Both the position numbers and the translations under genes were made by a program. From positions 62,070-126,069 of the forward strand of contig NZ_JXYH01000005.1 of the NCBI RefSeq assembly GCF_001262635.1: DNA of 64,000 nt, given 5' to 3'. The notes beneath the pieces are model-generated. The model was not told the origin of the DNA. It saw nothing but the letters and a program-made list of their open reading frames with translations, and searched no databases. Origin of the DNA: Aestuariivita boseongensis. GTDB taxonomy: Bacteria; Pseudomonadota; Alphaproteobacteria; Rhodobacterales; Rhodobacteraceae. Shown in pieces: positions 29,735 to 40,876 of the stretch (the stretch's first letter is position 1; each line of letters starts with the position of its first letter).

Positions 29735-30364
29735 ATGATTTTCTACGATTGCGCCACCGCCCCCAGCCCGCGCCGCGCGCGCATGCTGATTGCCGAAAAA
29801 GGGCTTGAGGTCGAAACCCGCCAGGTCGATCTGCGGTCAGGTGAACATCTGCAGCCCGCCTTTCTTGAGATCAACCCGCGCGGCACGGTGCCGGTCCTGG
29901 TCACAGATGAGGGCACGATTCTGACCGAAAATCTGGGCATCGCGGCCTATCTCGAGGCCGCCTTTCCGGACACCCCCATGACCGGCAGCACGCCCGATGA
30001 GACCGGTCTGGTCTGGAGCTGGACGATGATCTGCGAACAGCAGGGCGGCATGGCCGTGGCCGAGGCGCTGCGCAATGCCTCGCCCGCGATGAAGGACCGC
30101 GCCTTGCCGGGCCCTGTGCCTTATGCGCAGATCCCCGAACTGGCCGAACGCGGCCGGGCGCGGGTGGCGGCATTCTTTGACCTGCTGGAAGACCGGCTGA
30201 CCGACCGCGAATGGCTGGCCACGGATACTTTCACGCTGGCCGATCTGACCGGGTTCGTCTTTGTCGATTTCGCCCGGATCGTGAAGATGCAGATCCCCGA
30301 CACCCATGAGGCGGCCCAGGCCTGGTTCAACCGCATCGCGCATCGCCCCAGCGCGCAGGTATAG
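29735..30364 (+). CDS. Glutathione S-transferase
   Basis: N-terminal thioredoxin-like GST domain (MIFYD...SPRRARMLIAEKGLEVE...GTVPVL), then a C-terminal helical domain. Confidence 0.8.
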   Translation: MIFYDCATAPSPRRARMLIAEKGLEVETRQVDLRSGEHLQPAFLEINPRGTVPVLVTDEGTILTENLGIAAYLEAAFPDTPMTGSTPDETGLVWSWTMICEQQGGMAVAEALRNASPAMKDRALPGPVPYAQIPELAERGRARVAAFFDLLEDRLTDREWLATDTFTLADLTGFVFVDFARIVKMQIPDTHEAAQAWFNRIAHRPSAQV

Positions 30365-30676
30365 GGGGCGGCCAAGCACCACGCACCACCGCGCGCTGCT
30401 GTAACGCGGTTTTCAGGCTTTGGCCCTAAAGCTCTGCCGCGTAGCTACATTGCTGTCGGATTGGCACCCGGCAGTGCGATCAGGTTGATGGTTTTCAACG
30501 CGCTTATCCGTTTGCACCGGTCTTTCAAACCGGGGTGACGGAACCATCTGCAATGTCAGCGGGCCCGCCCCTGACGCCGTTTTTCTTCCAATATCATGCA
30601 GTCCCCCTGCCGGAGAGAGCTTCGAGCGGGGCCATCGGCTTGCCTCACGCCCTGCGCTGGCGTAGAGGGCAGCGCC

Positions 30677-31381
30677 ATGAGCACACCCAATCGCCCCCAC
30701 CGCAATTTCTATGGCCGCCTGAAAGGCAAGGCGCTGAAGAAAAGCCAGAAGGCTTATCTGGACGAGGATCTGGCGAAACTGTCGCCCGGGCCGGTGGATT
30801 GGGACGTGAACCCCGACCGTGTGCCGCTGGATCTGGAGGCGCTGTTCGGCGGGCGCGAGGTCTGGCTGGAAGTGGGCTTTGGCGGCGGTGAACATCTGGT
30901 CCATCAGGCGCGGGAGAACCCGAATATCGGCATCATCGGGGCCGAACCCTATATCAACGGCGTCGCGATGCTTCTGGGCAAGATCCGCCGGGCGGGGGTG
31001 ACGAACCTGGCCGTCTATCCCGGCGATGCGCGCGATCTGATGGATGTGCTGCCCGCGCAGTCGATCGCGAAGGCGTTTCTGCTGTATCCCGATCCCTGGC
31101 CCAAGGCGCGCCACCATCGCCGCCGGTTCGTGACGCAAGAACATCTGGAGCCGCTGGCCCGCTGTCTGAAACCGGGCGCGGAGTTTCGCGTGGCGACCGA
31201 CATTCCCGATTACGTGCGCCAGACCCTGGAAGAGGTGCCCAAGGCCGGGTTCGACTGGCTGGCGGAACGCCCTGCCGATTGGCGGGAGCCTTGGGGCGAC
31301 TGGATCAGTACCCGCTATGAACAGAAGGCCCTGCGCGAAGGGCGCGTGCCGCATTACCTGACCTTTCAGCGTCACGCCTGA
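30677..31381 (+). CDS. trmB: tRNA (guanine46-N7)-methyltransferase
   Basis: EVGFGGGEHL SAM-binding motif. LYPDPWPKARHHRRR signature. Confidence 0.9.
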   Translation: MSTPNRPHRNFYGRLKGKALKKSQKAYLDEDLAKLSPGPVDWDVNPDRVPLDLEALFGGREVWLEVGFGGGEHLVHQARENPNIGIIGAEPYINGVAMLLGKIRRAGVTNLAVYPGDARDLMDVLPAQSIAKAFLLYPDPWPKARHHRRRFVTQEHLEPLARCLKPGAEFRVATDIPDYVRQTLEEVPKAGFDWLAERPADWREPWGDWISTRYEQKALREGRVPHYLTFQRHA

Positions 31382-31500
31382 TCCGGGCGTTGGATTGGGG
31401 TATTTGGAGCCAGAAAGAAGCAGCAGGTCGGTTCTTCTGGACCCGGTCCGGGTGATTGGGTAAGCCCGCAGGACGATTTTTGCCTTTGGAGAGGTCTTTT

Positions 31501-32847
31501 ATGTCTGCGCATGGCGATCCCATTCCCATGATCTCGCGCCCCTGTGGTGCGCTGTCCGGCGTGGCCGAGGTGCCGGGCGACAAGTCGATCTCGCACCGGT
31601 CGCTGATCCTGGGCGCGATGGCGGTGGGCGAGACGCGGATCACCGGGCTGTTGGAAGGCCAGGACGTGCTGGATACGGCGCGGGCCATGCGGTCTTTCGG
31701 GGCGGAGGTGACCGATCACGGCGGCGGGGACTGGAGCGTGCATGGCGTGGGTGTGGGCGGTTTTGCCGAGCCCGATCACGTGATCGATTGCGGCAATTCC
31801 GGCACCGGCGTGCGGCTGATCATGGGGGCGATGGCGACCTCGCCCATCACGGCGACTTTTACCGGCGATGCCAGCCTGAACGGGCGGCCGATGGCGCGGG
31901 TGACGGACCCTCTGGCGCTGTTCGGGGCGCGCTCTGTCGGGCGGGCCGGTGGACGGTTGCCAATGACGATTGTCGGCGCGGCTGATCCGGTGCCCGTGCG
32001 ATACGAGGTGCCCGTGCCCTCGGCCCAGGTGAAATCGGCGGTGCTGCTGGCGGGGCTGAATGCGCCGGGGCAGACCATGGTGATCGAGAAGGAGGCCACC
32101 CGCGATCACACCGAACGGATGCTGGCCGGTTTCGGCGCGGACATCACCGTGGAGGACACCGATGAAGGCCGGGTCATCACCCTGACCGGCCAGCCCGAGC
32201 TGAAACCGCAGGTGATTGCCGTGCCGCGCGATCCGTCCTCGGCCGCGTTTCCGGTCTGTGCCGCGCTGATCGTGCCGGGATCGGATGTGCTGGTTCCCGG
32301 CATCGGTTTGAACCCCACGCGCGCGGGCCTCTTCACCACGCTGCAGGAGATGGGCGCGGATCTGACCTTCGAGAACATGCGCGAAGAGGGCGGGGAGCCC
32401 GTGGCCGATCTGCGCGCGCGCTATTCGCCTGACATGAAAGGGATCGAAGTGCCGCCGGAGCGTGCCGCCAGCATGATCGACGAATACCCGGTGCTGTCGG
32501 TGGTGGCCGCCAATGCGACGGGTGACACGGTCATGCGCGGTGTCAAGGAACTGCGCGTGAAGGAAAGCGACCGGATTGATGCCATGGCCACTGGCCTGCG
32601 CGCCAATGGCGTGACGGTGGAGGATGGCCCGGACTGGTGGACCGTCACCGGGATGGGTGCGGGCCAGGTGCCCGGCGGAGCAGTTTGTGCCAGCCATCTG
32701 GATCACCGGATCGCGATGTCCTTCCTGATCCTTGGGATGGCAGCAAAGGCACCTGTGTCGGTCGATGATGGCGGGCCGATCGCGACATCGTTCCCGATAT
32801 TCGAGCCGCTGATGGCCGGCCTTGGCGCGGATCTGGAGCGGACATGA
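31501..32847 (+). CDS. aroA: 3-phosphoshikimate 1-carboxyvinyltransferase (EPSP synthase)
   Basis: [16 protein letters not shown] motif. GGAGAGG RBS. Stop overlaps the cmk start. Confidence 0.9.
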   Translation: MSAHGDPIPMISRPCGALSGVAEVPGDKSISHRSLILGAMAVGETRITGLLEGQDVLDTARAMRSFGAEVTDHGGGDWSVHGVGVGGFAEPDHVIDCGNSGTGVRLIMGAMATSPITATFTGDASLNGRPMARVTDPLALFGARSVGRAGGRLPMTIVGAADPVPVRYEVPVPSAQVKSAVLLAGLNAPGQTMVIEKEATRDHTERMLAGFGADITVEDTDEGRVITLTGQPELKPQVIAVPRDPSSAAFPVCAALIVPGSDVLVPGIGLNPTRAGLFTTLQEMGADLTFENMREEGGEPVADLRARYSPDMKGIEVPPERAASMIDEYPVLSVVAANATGDTVMRGVKELRVKESDRIDAMATGLRANGVTVEDGPDWWTVTGMGAGQVPGGAVCASHLDHRIAMSFLILGMAAKAPVSVDDGGPIATSFPIFEPLMAGLGADLERT

Positions 32848-33455
32848 GTTTTGCCGTCGCCATCGACGGCCCGGCAGCGGCTGGCAAGGGCACTGTGTCG
32901 CGCGCGGTGGCGGCGCATTTCGGCTTTGCGCATCTGGATACGGGATTGCTGTATCGCGCTGTTGGCTTTGCGGTGCTGCAGGGCACCAATGCGGTGGAGG
33001 CCGCGCAAAACCTGACGGCCGAGGTTCTCGAGAACCCCGACCTGCGCACGCCCCATGTGGCCGATGCCGCCAGCAAGGTGGCCTTGATCCCCGAAGTGCG
33101 CGCGGCCCTGGTGGATTTCCAGCGCGCCTTTGCCCGGCGCGCAGGCGGCGCGGTGCTGGATGGGCGTGATATCGGCACGGTGATCTGCCCGGATGCCGAG
33201 GCGAAGCTTTTCGTCACCGCCTCAGCGGAGGTGCGGGCGGAACGGCGCTTCAGAGAATTGCAGGAGCGCGGGATTGAGACCAGCCTTGACGAGGTTCTAG
33301 CCGATGTGCGCGCCCGCGATGCCCGCGACATGGAGCGCGCCGAAGCTCCTTTGCGCCCGGCTGATGACGCGGTGCAGATCGACACGTCGGACATGACGAT
33401 TGAACAGGCCGTGGCCACAGCCATCGCCGCCATCGAGGCCCGCCGCGGCGGCTGA
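32844..33455 (+). CDS. cmk: Cytidylate kinase
   Basis: [14 protein letters not shown]-loop. Conserved aroA-cmk-rpsA linkage. Confidence 0.9.
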   Translation: MSFAVAIDGPAAAGKGTVSRAVAAHFGFAHLDTGLLYRAVGFAVLQGTNAVEAAQNLTAEVLENPDLRTPHVADAASKVALIPEVRAALVDFQRAFARRAGGAVLDGRDIGTVICPDAEAKLFVTASAEVRAERRFRELQERGIETSLDEVLADVRARDARDMERAEAPLRPADDAVQIDTSDMTIEQAVATAIAAIEARRGG

Positions 33456-33460
33456 CGGCC

Positions 33461-34372
33461 TTAGTCCTGCCGGGGCGCTTCCAGCGCCTCGACCGCAAAG
33501 CGCCGGGCGGTCTCGAACACATCGGGTTGCGAGAGGTACAGCAGATGCCCCTCGCCCGGAAATCCATAGATCCTGTCCTGCCCCAGCGCGCGCGCAAAGC
33601 GCAGCGTCTGCGCGGTGGAAAAGACCGGATCCTCCAGCCCTGCATAGATGCGCAGCCGCACGTGGCTCAGGTCCAGATCGGGGGGAAGTTCCCAGTTCTG
33701 CAGGGCCTGCCCATGGGATCGGGCCAGCCGGGTTTCGGGTGGGCCCAGGGGGCGCTCTCCACGGTGGGTCTGGGCGGTTTCGATCACCCGGTCGCGGAAA
33801 CCGGGCAGCGGCGGCGCGTTGCGTCCGCGCAGAAGGATCTGCCAATATTCGATCCAGACCTGCAGCGGATCAAGGCTTTGGGCCCGCGCGGCGGCGCGCA
33901 GGATATCGCCCGCCCCGCGCGCCAGGGTGGGCAGACCGCCGCCATGTTCCACCGCAGGCGCAAGGGCCGCGACCGGAACGACGCGGTCCCCGGTGATCCG
34001 GGCCGCGGCCAGAATGGCAATCGGCGCGCCCGAGGAATAGCCCACCAGCGCCACCTGCTTGTCCGGATGGGCATTGGCAAAGCCCGCGACCTGCGCTGCC
34101 GCCCTGTCGATATCCAGCGGGCCGGGTGGCATGCCATCCAGCCCCGGAAACCGGTAATAGGCATCGGCGAAACCGCCCGCCTGCCAGCCCTTCGCGGGGG
34201 TATACATGACCACCGAACTCAGCGCGCCGGGCACGAAGATGACCAGCCTCTCGGCGCGGGCGACTTCGGCCGGATCGTAGAGGATCGGATCGGGCGCGTC
34301 GGGGGCGGGGGCGGGCCCTTGCGCGCAGCCTGCCAGCAGCAGACCCGCCAGAAGGGCCGCGCGCAGCCTCAC
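33461..34372 (-). CDS. Alpha/beta-hydrolase lipoprotein
   Basis: Lipobox LLAGC. GYSSGA nucleophile elbow. Confidence 0.7.
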   Translation of the reverse strand: MRLRAALLAGLLLAGCAQGPAPAPDAPDPILYDPAEVARAERLVIFVPGALSSVVMYTPAKGWQAGGFADAYYRFPGLDGMPPGPLDIDRAAAQVAGFANAHPDKQVALVGYSSGAPIAILAAARITGDRVVPVAALAPAVEHGGGLPTLARGAGDILRAAARAQSLDPLQVWIEYWQILLRGRNAPPLPGFRDRVIETAQTHRGERPLGPPETRLARSHGQALQNWELPPDLDLSHVRLRIYAGLEDPVFSTAQTLRFARALGQDRIYGFPGEGHLLYLSQPDVFETARRFAVEALEAPRQD

Positions 34373-35013
34373 GCGCCCGTGGGCCGCGCGTTCGAGGCCA
34401 GGATTTTCCGCTTCAGATCATGGGCGATGCCCACCTCAAGCGCGGCCATCAGCGGCGAGGCCTCGCGCCGCAGCTTGCGCAGCCGGTCGGTGGGGATCAT
34501 CCAGCAATAGGCCTCCTGCGCGACTTTCGCCGTGGCCGAGGCCGGGCCGCCATCGACCAACGACATCTCGCCCACGAAATTACCCGGCTCGCAGCGGCCC
34601 ACGGTGCGGCCATCGACCTCGATCGTGACCTCGCCCGACAGAAGATAGACAAGGTGGTGCACCGGCTGGCCCTGTTCGGTCAGGTCCGTGCCGGGCAGGG
34701 CGTCGATCCACAGGCCCATATCCAGAAGCCTGCGCGCCTCGCGCGGGGACAGCGTGTTCAGCCGTTCGGCGATCAGGCGGCGTTCATCCTCGTTGAACTG
34801 CACGCGGCGGTTTGTGTACCAGATGATGAAGATCTGCACGACGTTAACGACGATCAGCATGCCTTCCCAGAACACCGTCACCGGATCGTGCAGCCAGATC
34901 GCCCCATAGGCCAGCGCCACGATGGCCGACAGGATGACGAAGATCCGCAGCCAGGTGATCGACCGCATCAGCATCGAGATCACCAGAAGCAGATAGGCGA
35001 AATGGCCTACCAT
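34369..35013 (-). CDS. Membrane-anchored cyclic-nucleotide-binding (Crp-type cNMP domain) protein
   Basis: Two N-terminal TM helices. cNMP-binding beta-roll (GEVTIEVDGRTVGRCEPGNFVGEMSL). No DNA-binding HTH. Confidence 0.7.
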   Translation of the reverse strand: MVGHFAYLLLVISMLMRSITWLRIFVILSAIVALAYGAIWLHDPVTVFWEGMLIVVNVVQIFIIWYTNRRVQFNEDERRLIAERLNTLSPREARRLLDMGLWIDALPGTDLTEQGQPVHHLVYLLSGEVTIEVDGRTVGRCEPGNFVGEMSLVDGGPASATAKVAQEAYCWMIPTDRLRKLRREASPLMAALEVGIAHDLKRKILASNARPTGA

Positions 35014-35147
35014 CGCCCCGGGCGAAAGCGCGGATTCAAGGGTCAGTTCCAATGCGCGGGTCCTTTGCTGACAGGCAGCCTTCACGCCGTTTTATAGCGT
35101 GCGCCATGCGCGATGGTAGAGGCCAGTCAGCCAACGGCAAGCCGCAA

Positions 35148-35987
35148 TCAATGCCTCGCGACCGCGTATGTCCTGTTCAAAGCGTCAGGATCCTGCGCTG
35201 TGGTCAATTCTTCGGTTGAATATCCCAAGCGCTCTGCCAGTGCCATTACGGCGTCTGACAGGGCTGGATGTGCCGTTCCGATTTCGACAGGCAGCTTTTT
35301 CTGTACCTGGTCGACGGGCTTGGCTTTGAAGTCGATATCCGCATCTCCCAGAAGCTTCGGAAGCATCCGGGTAATCTGGTGCTTGTGCGGCGTGTACAGG
35401 TCTTCGAACCGGAAAAGCCCGACAAAGCCGTCGCGGTCATGGTGTTCAATCAGGAACTGGTTCAATTCCAGCCAATGGAACAGGTTTCGGTCAAAGGGAG
35501 AAAACCCAGCGGCATAGGCCTGCAAGCTGCGGTGATGGGTATTGGCATCCTTTGCATGGATCATGGACAGCCGCTGGAACCTGCGTCCAACCTTTGTCGG
35601 TTGCGAAAACAAGCCGTGAGTGGTCAGAGAGGCCGCGGTGTGAAACGGGTTTCGGACCAAATGAGCAAAACGGAAGTTCTCTCCGAACCGATCCGACAGA
35701 TATGGCAGCCACCCAAAGGCTGGCCACCCTGCATCAAGATAGGACCTGCCTTGCGCCATGCCGTCTTCAATGCCGATCAGCTTGCGCTGAATTTGTACCT
35801 GCGCGCCAAGCACCTGATGGAATTTCTCCGGATTTCTGAACACCCGGCGGGAATGGTAATAGGGCCCCAAACCCTCATGTTCGACCGACGCTTTGGGATA
35901 ACTGCGTTTGGCCAATGCGGCTATGTTCTGGGTGGACGTGCGCCCGGTCGAAAAAACAAATGCAATGGGTGGCATCGGTACCGCCAT
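35148..35987 (-). CDS. Sulfotransferase-family-like protein
   Basis: P-loop-like 5'-PSB motif FVFSTGRTSTQ near the N-terminus. Size and Arg/Ser context fit a sulfotransferase fold. Confidence 0.5.
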   Translation of the reverse strand: MAVPMPPIAFVFSTGRTSTQNIAALAKRSYPKASVEHEGLGPYYHSRRVFRNPEKFHQVLGAQVQIQRKLIGIEDGMAQGRSYLDAGWPAFGWLPYLSDRFGENFRFAHLVRNPFHTAASLTTHGLFSQPTKVGRRFQRLSMIHAKDANTHHRSLQAYAAGFSPFDRNLFHWLELNQFLIEHHDRDGFVGLFRFEDLYTPHKHQITRMLPKLLGDADIDFKAKPVDQVQKKLPVEIGTAHPALSDAVMALAERLGYSTEELTTAQDPDALNRTYAVARH

Positions 35988-36107
35988 CCTGTCTGAAGCA
36001 ATTAATCTGAAGGCTGTCTCAAATCGGAGCCTGTCACAACCACGCGGTACTGGCTTCTTTTCGTGTGTGACTTTTGCGCCCTTTTTGGTTTGTTCAAAAA
36101 GTCCGTA

Positions 36108-37277
36108 TCACCGGCCATTCTCGCGATGCGCGCTTGCCCGGCGGATGGCACTCAGGGTTATGGGCGGGCCTGCCAGTTCGAAGGCCACGGTGGTGGCGAT
36201 GACCAGCGCCATGATGGACGGGGCCCATTCGGGAAACGCCTCGCCCGCGACAAGACCCATGCCCACCGCGACGCCCGCCTGCGGCAGAAGCGCGGGGCCG
36301 TACCACGGCGTTTCATGGGCGGGCACTCCGGCGAGCCTTGCCCCCAGATATCCGCCGCCCAGGCGCGACAGGACGCGCAGCACGATAAAGGCCAGACCCG
36401 TCCAGCCCAGCGTCAGCAGCGCATCCAGTTCCAGCGAGGCTCCGGCCAGGATGAAAAACAGGATCATGAAGGGCCATTGGATGTTTTCGATCTCGTGGAA
36501 GGCGTGATCGTGGTGGCGCGCAAAATTGGCGACGATGGCGCCCGCGGTCATGCCGGCCACCAGGAACGACACCTCAAGCCACAAGGCCAGGCCCGCGGTC
36601 AGAAAGACGATGCCGATGGCCTCGGCCTGAAGGGGTTGTCCGGGGCTCAGCCGTCCGGTCAGAAGCGCCGCCGGCACGCCCAGGGCGATCCCCAGGGCGA
36701 TCCCGCCGCCCAGATCGCGGCCCAGCCCCGCCAGCACGCCTGCCATCCCGTCGGACTGGCCCACAAGGATCAGCACAAGGCTGAACACCGCCAGCCCCCA
36801 GGCATCGTCAATGGCCACGATCCCTTTCAGCGTATCGGTAAAGCCGTTCTGCACGCCCGATTGCCGGATCACATCCGTCATCGCCGCCGGGGCCGTGGCC
36901 GTCCCGATCGCCCCCAGCAGAAGCGCCAGCCCGGCGGGCACCCCGATCAGCATGAGCCCGGCTGCGATCACACCCAGTGTCGCGCCCACAATGGTCAGCG
37001 AAATGACGATGATCGCGCGCCCGTGCCGGGCCAGGTTGTCCCTGGTCAGCGCGCCGCCCAGCAGGAAGGCCACCATGGTCAGCGCGGTGACCGACACCGC
37101 GTCGAACCACGCCAGCGCGCCCGGCGGCATCAGACCCACCCCGGCATTGCCCGCCAGCATCCCCAGGATCAGCAGCATCGTGACCCGTGGCAGCCGCGTC
37201 ATCCGGCCCAGCTGATCCGCCGTCAGCCCCGCCAGAAACAAAAGCCCCAGCAAAATGAAGAAATCGGCCTGCTCCAT
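36108..37277 (-). CDS. Cation:proton antiporter (CPA family Na+/H+ or K+/H+ exchanger)
   Basis: ~12 TM helices. Conserved antiporter segments LILGMLAGNAG, GLALWLE. Confidence 0.8.
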   Translation of the reverse strand: MEQADFFILLGLLFLAGLTADQLGRMTRLPRVTMLLILGMLAGNAGVGLMPPGALAWFDAVSVTALTMVAFLLGGALTRDNLARHGRAIIVISLTIVGATLGVIAAGLMLIGVPAGLALLLGAIGTATAPAAMTDVIRQSGVQNGFTDTLKGIVAIDDAWGLAVFSLVLILVGQSDGMAGVLAGLGRDLGGGIALGIALGVPAALLTGRLSPGQPLQAEAIGIVFLTAGLALWLEVSFLVAGMTAGAIVANFARHHDHAFHEIENIQWPFMILFFILAGASLELDALLTLGWTGLAFIVLRVLSRLGGGYLGARLAGVPAHETPWYGPALLPQAGVAVGMGLVAGEAFPEWAPSIMALVIATTVAFELAGPPITLSAIRRASAHRENGR

Positions 37278-37592
37278 AATGCTTAGCTTAGCAAGCTTTC
37301 CGGCCTGCTCACCCCCAAAATGGCGGTTCAATCCCGAAAGGCAGGACAGAATCCGCCGAATGCCGTGCAGAAAGGCCAATGCACGCTTGATCCGCTGTGC
37401 ATAACCCGCTAAGAGCACCCCGTCGAAGCGGCGAGGACAGTCGTGCGACTAGGACTTGAGCAGGGTCGGTGCAAACCGGCCCTTCGTTTTTGTCCCGGTA
37501 CCACGCCAGACCGTCGACCACCCAACCTGAAAGACCGGCGGAGACAACCGCATGGCCCGAAAGATGTAAACGTAAAGGAAACCGAGACCCGC

Positions 37593-39278
37593 ATGGCTCA
37601 GAACGCATCTATGGAGGAATTCGAAGCCCTCCTGAACGAAAGCTTCGAAATGGACACACCCGAAGAAGGGTCTGTCGTCAAAGGCAAAGTCATCGCCATC
37701 GAGGCGGGCCAAGCCATCATCGACGTCGGCTACAAAATGGAAGGCCGTGTCGAACTTAAAGAATTCGCAAATCCCGGTGAAGCACCCGAAATCGCTGTTG
37801 GCGATGAAGTGGAAGTCTACCTGCGCGCGGCTGAAAACGCCCGTGGCGAGGCTGTCATTTCGCGCGAAATGGCGCGTCGTGAGGAAGCCTGGGATCGTCT
37901 GGAAAAAGCCTATGCCGACGACCAGCGTGTCGAAGGCGCGATCTTCTCCCGTGTCAAAGGTGGTTTCACCGTGGATCTGGGCGGCGCGGTCGCGTTCCTG
38001 CCCGGCTCGCAGGTGGATGTGCGCCCCGTGCGCGACGCGGGCCCTCTGATGGGTCTCAAGCAGCCCTTCCAGATCCTGAAAATGGACCGTCGCCGTGGCA
38101 ACATCGTTGTTTCGCGCCGCGCGATCCTGGAAGAAAGCCGCGCCGAACAGCGCGCCGAGGTCATTGGCAACCTGGCCGAAGGTCAGAACGTCGATGGTGT
38201 GGTCAAGAACATCACCGAATACGGTGCGTTTGTTGACCTGGGCGGCGTTGACGGCCTGCTGCACGTCACAGACATGGCATGGCGCCGTGTGAACCACCCG
38301 TCCGAGATCCTGAACATCGGCGAGACCATCAAGGTCCAGGTGATCAAGATCAACAAGGACACGCACCGCATTTCGCTGGGCATGAAGCAGCTGCAGGAAG
38401 ATCCGTGGGATCTGGTGGCCGCGAAGTACCCGCTGGAATCCGTGCACAAGGGCCGCGTGACCAACATCACCGATTACGGCGCATTTGTTGAGCTGGAGCC
38501 CGGTGTCGAAGGTCTGGTCCACGTGTCGGAAATGTCCTGGACCAAGAAGAACGTGCACCCCGGCAAGATCGTTTCGACCAGCCAGGAAGTCGACGTCATG
38601 GTTCTGGAAATCGACGGTGCCAAGCGCCGCGTGTCGCTGGGCCTGAAGCAGACCATGCGCAACCCGTGGGAAGTGTTTGCAGAAACCCACCCCGAGGGCA
38701 CGCAGGTCGAAGGCGAAGTCAAGAACATCACCGAGTTTGGTCTGTTCATCGGCCTCGAAGGCGAGATCGACGGCATGGTTCACCTGTCCGACCTGTCGTG
38801 GGACGAGCGTGGCGAAGATGCGATCCAGAACTACCGCAAAGGCGACATGGTTGAGGCCGTTGTCTCCGAAGTGGACGTGGAGAAAGAGCGTATCTCGCTC
38901 TCGATCAAAGCGCTGGGCGGCGACAAGTTCGCCGAAGCGGTTGGCGGCGTGAAGCGCGGCTCGATCATCACGGTCGAAGTGACCGCGATCGAGGATGGCG
39001 GCATCGAGGTGGAATACGAAGGCATGAAATCCTTCATCCGCCGTTCGGACCTGTCGCGTGACCGTGCCGAACAGCGCCCCGAGCGTTTCTCGGTCGGTGA
39101 CAAGGTCGATGTGCGCGTGACCAACGTGGACAGCAAGACCCGCCGTCTGGGCCTGTCGATCAAGGCACGCGAAATCGCCGAAGAGAAAGAGGCCGTGGAA
39201 CAGTACGGTTCGTCCGACAGCGGTGCATCGCTGGGCGACATCCTGGGCGCGGCGCTGAAAGGCGACGAAGACAAGTAA
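37593..39278 (+). CDS. rpsA: 30S ribosomal protein S1
   Basis: Six S1 domains. AAAGGAA RBS. Confidence 0.95.
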   Translation: MAQNASMEEFEALLNESFEMDTPEEGSVVKGKVIAIEAGQAIIDVGYKMEGRVELKEFANPGEAPEIAVGDEVEVYLRAAENARGEAVISREMARREEAWDRLEKAYADDQRVEGAIFSRVKGGFTVDLGGAVAFLPGSQVDVRPVRDAGPLMGLKQPFQILKMDRRRGNIVVSRRAILEESRAEQRAEVIGNLAEGQNVDGVVKNITEYGAFVDLGGVDGLLHVTDMAWRRVNHPSEILNIGETIKVQVIKINKDTHRISLGMKQLQEDPWDLVAAKYPLESVHKGRVTNITDYGAFVELEPGVEGLVHVSEMSWTKKNVHPGKIVSTSQEVDVMVLEIDGAKRRVSLGLKQTMRNPWEVFAETHPEGTQVEGEVKNITEFGLFIGLEGEIDGMVHLSDLSWDERGEDAIQNYRKGDMVEAVVSEVDVEKERISLSIKALGGDKFAEAVGGVKRGSIITVEVTAIEDGGIEVEYEGMKSFIRRSDLSRDRAEQRPERFSVGDKVDVRVTNVDSKTRRLGLSIKAREIAEEKEAVEQYGSSDSGASLGDILGAALKGDEDK

Positions 39279-39305
39279 TCCTTGCCCATTGTGGCAGGCA
39301 CAGAC

Positions 39306-39338
39306 GGCCCCGCCTTCCCTGGCGGGGCCGTTTTCGTT
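39306..39338 (+). terminator. Rho-independent terminator of rpsA
   Basis: GGCCCCGCC-TTCCCT-GGCGGGGCC hairpin followed by GTTTTCGTT. Confidence 0.6.
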
Positions 39339-39549
39339 CCGAATCAATGGTTTCTCTGCGATGCGGCGGGCGTGACCTTGGCCGTGTCAGGGCCGCTCTG
39401 GCGCTGCATTTGGCATCGCCGCCTCGGCAAAACCCTGCAAAATGCGTGATTTATCGGGCAAGTTCGGGCCAGTTCCCATTTCCGTGTTCCGCGATTGTGC
39501 CTATAGTCATCTGAAGAACACGCGCGGTAACACATGGGGGGAAAGCTCG

Positions 39550-39831
39550 ATGATCCGATCCGAACTGATCCAAAAGATTGCGGAAGAAAATCCACATCTC
39601 TACCAGCGCGATGTCGAGCGGATCGTGAACACCGTTTTCGAAGAGGTCACCAGCGCCATGGCCCGTGGGGACCGTGTCGAGCTGCGCGGTTTCGGCGCGT
39701 TTTCGGTCAAGAAACGCGATCAGCGTATGGGCCGGAATCCGCGAACCGGAGAAACAGTCCATGTCGAAGAAAAGCACGTGCCGTTTTTCAAGACCGGCAA
39801 GCTGCTGCGTGACCGTCTGAACGGAAAGTAA
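39550..39831 (+). CDS. ihfB: Integration host factor beta subunit
   Basis: [11 protein letters not shown]...[10 protein letters not shown]...NPRTGE...K.VPFFK motifs. Confidence 0.9.
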   Translation: MIRSELIQKIAEENPHLYQRDVERIVNTVFEEVTSAMARGDRVELRGFGAFSVKKRDQRMGRNPRTGETVHVEEKHVPFFKTGKLLRDRLNGK

Positions 39832-39834
39832 CCT

Positions 39835-40188
39835 GTGATGCGATATATTCGCTATGCCTTCCTGGCCGGGCTGGCCGTGATCCTTGTGTCCATCGCGATG
39901 GCAAATCGCGACGATGTGACGTTGAAACTTCTGCCCGAAGGGTTGGAGGATTTCGCCGGCGTGAACTGGCAGATCGACCTGCCGCTGTTCATCGTGGTGT
40001 TCGGCGGCATCATTGCCGGTCTGATCATCGGCTTTGTCTGGGAATGGCTGCGCGAATACAAGCACCGCCGCGAGGCGACGCTGAAAACCAAGGAAGCCAA
40101 GCGGCTTGAACGCGAGGTGACCCGCCTGAAGGGCGAGAAGGCCGAAAACAAGGACGAGGTGCTGGCGCTTCTGGACGAAGCCAGCTAA
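39835..40188 (+). CDS. LapA-like (DUF1049) inner-membrane protein
   Basis: Two TM helices plus a charged coiled C-terminus. Conserved position downstream of ihfB. Confidence 0.65.
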   Translation: MMRYIRYAFLAGLAVILVSIAMANRDDVTLKLLPEGLEDFAGVNWQIDLPLFIVVFGGIIAGLIIGFVWEWLREYKHRREATLKTKEAKRLEREVTRLKGEKAENKDEVLALLDEAS

Positions 40189-40199
40189 TCCTGCGCCTC

Positions 40200-40853
40200 A
40201 TGGCACCCGAGATTTCCGTCAAGATCTGTGGCCTGACCACAGAGGACCAGGTGAGCGCCGCGGCCGAGGCCGGGGCGCGGTTTCTTGGCTTCAACTTCTT
40301 TCCGAAATCCCCCCGCTATGTGACGCCGGCCCGCGCGGCGGAACTGGCGGCGCAGGTTCCCGTCGGCGTGGCCAAAGTGGCGCTGGTGGTGAACGCGTCG
40401 GATGAGGAGCTGGAGCAGATCGTATCCACGGTGCCAATCGACATCCTTCAGTTGCACGGATCGGAACCGCCCGAGCGTGTGGCCCAGCTGAAGGCCCGCT
40501 TTGGCCTGCCGGTCATGAAAGTCATCGGCGTGGCGGACGAGGCAGATCTGGCTGCGATCGACATCTATGAACCGGTGGCCGATATGCTGCTGATCGACGC
40601 GAAGCCCCCCAAGGATGCGGTCTTGCCCGGTGGCAATGGTCTGGCCTTTGACTGGCGATTGTTGGCGGGGCGCAAATACTGGACCCGGCCCTGGATGCTG
40701 GCCGGTGGTCTCACGCCCGAGAACGTGGCCCAGGCGATTGCCATGACGGGGGCCCGCGCGGTCGATGTGGCATCCGGCGTGGAACGCGCGCCTGGGGTGA
40801 AGGACCCGGCCCTGATGGCCGCGTTTGTGCAGGCGGCGTCAACCGGGCGTTAA
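40200..40853 (+). CDS. trpF: N-(5'-phosphoribosyl)anthranilate isomerase
   Basis: KICGLT....GA...GF.F...SPR motifs of TrpF. Confidence 0.9.
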   Translation: MAPEISVKICGLTTEDQVSAAAEAGARFLGFNFFPKSPRYVTPARAAELAAQVPVGVAKVALVVNASDEELEQIVSTVPIDILQLHGSEPPERVAQLKARFGLPVMKVIGVADEADLAAIDIYEPVADMLLIDAKPPKDAVLPGGNGLAFDWRLLAGRKYWTRPWMLAGGLTPENVAQAIAMTGARAVDVASGVERAPGVKDPALMAAFVQAASTGR

Positions 40854-40876
40854 CCAGAACCGGGGCAGGGTGGGGT

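Noticed and set aside
37449-39347. 632-aa ORF antisense to rpsA
   Set aside because: rpsA on the plus strand is unequivocal (six S1 domains). The antisense frame has no domain similarity and atypical composition.
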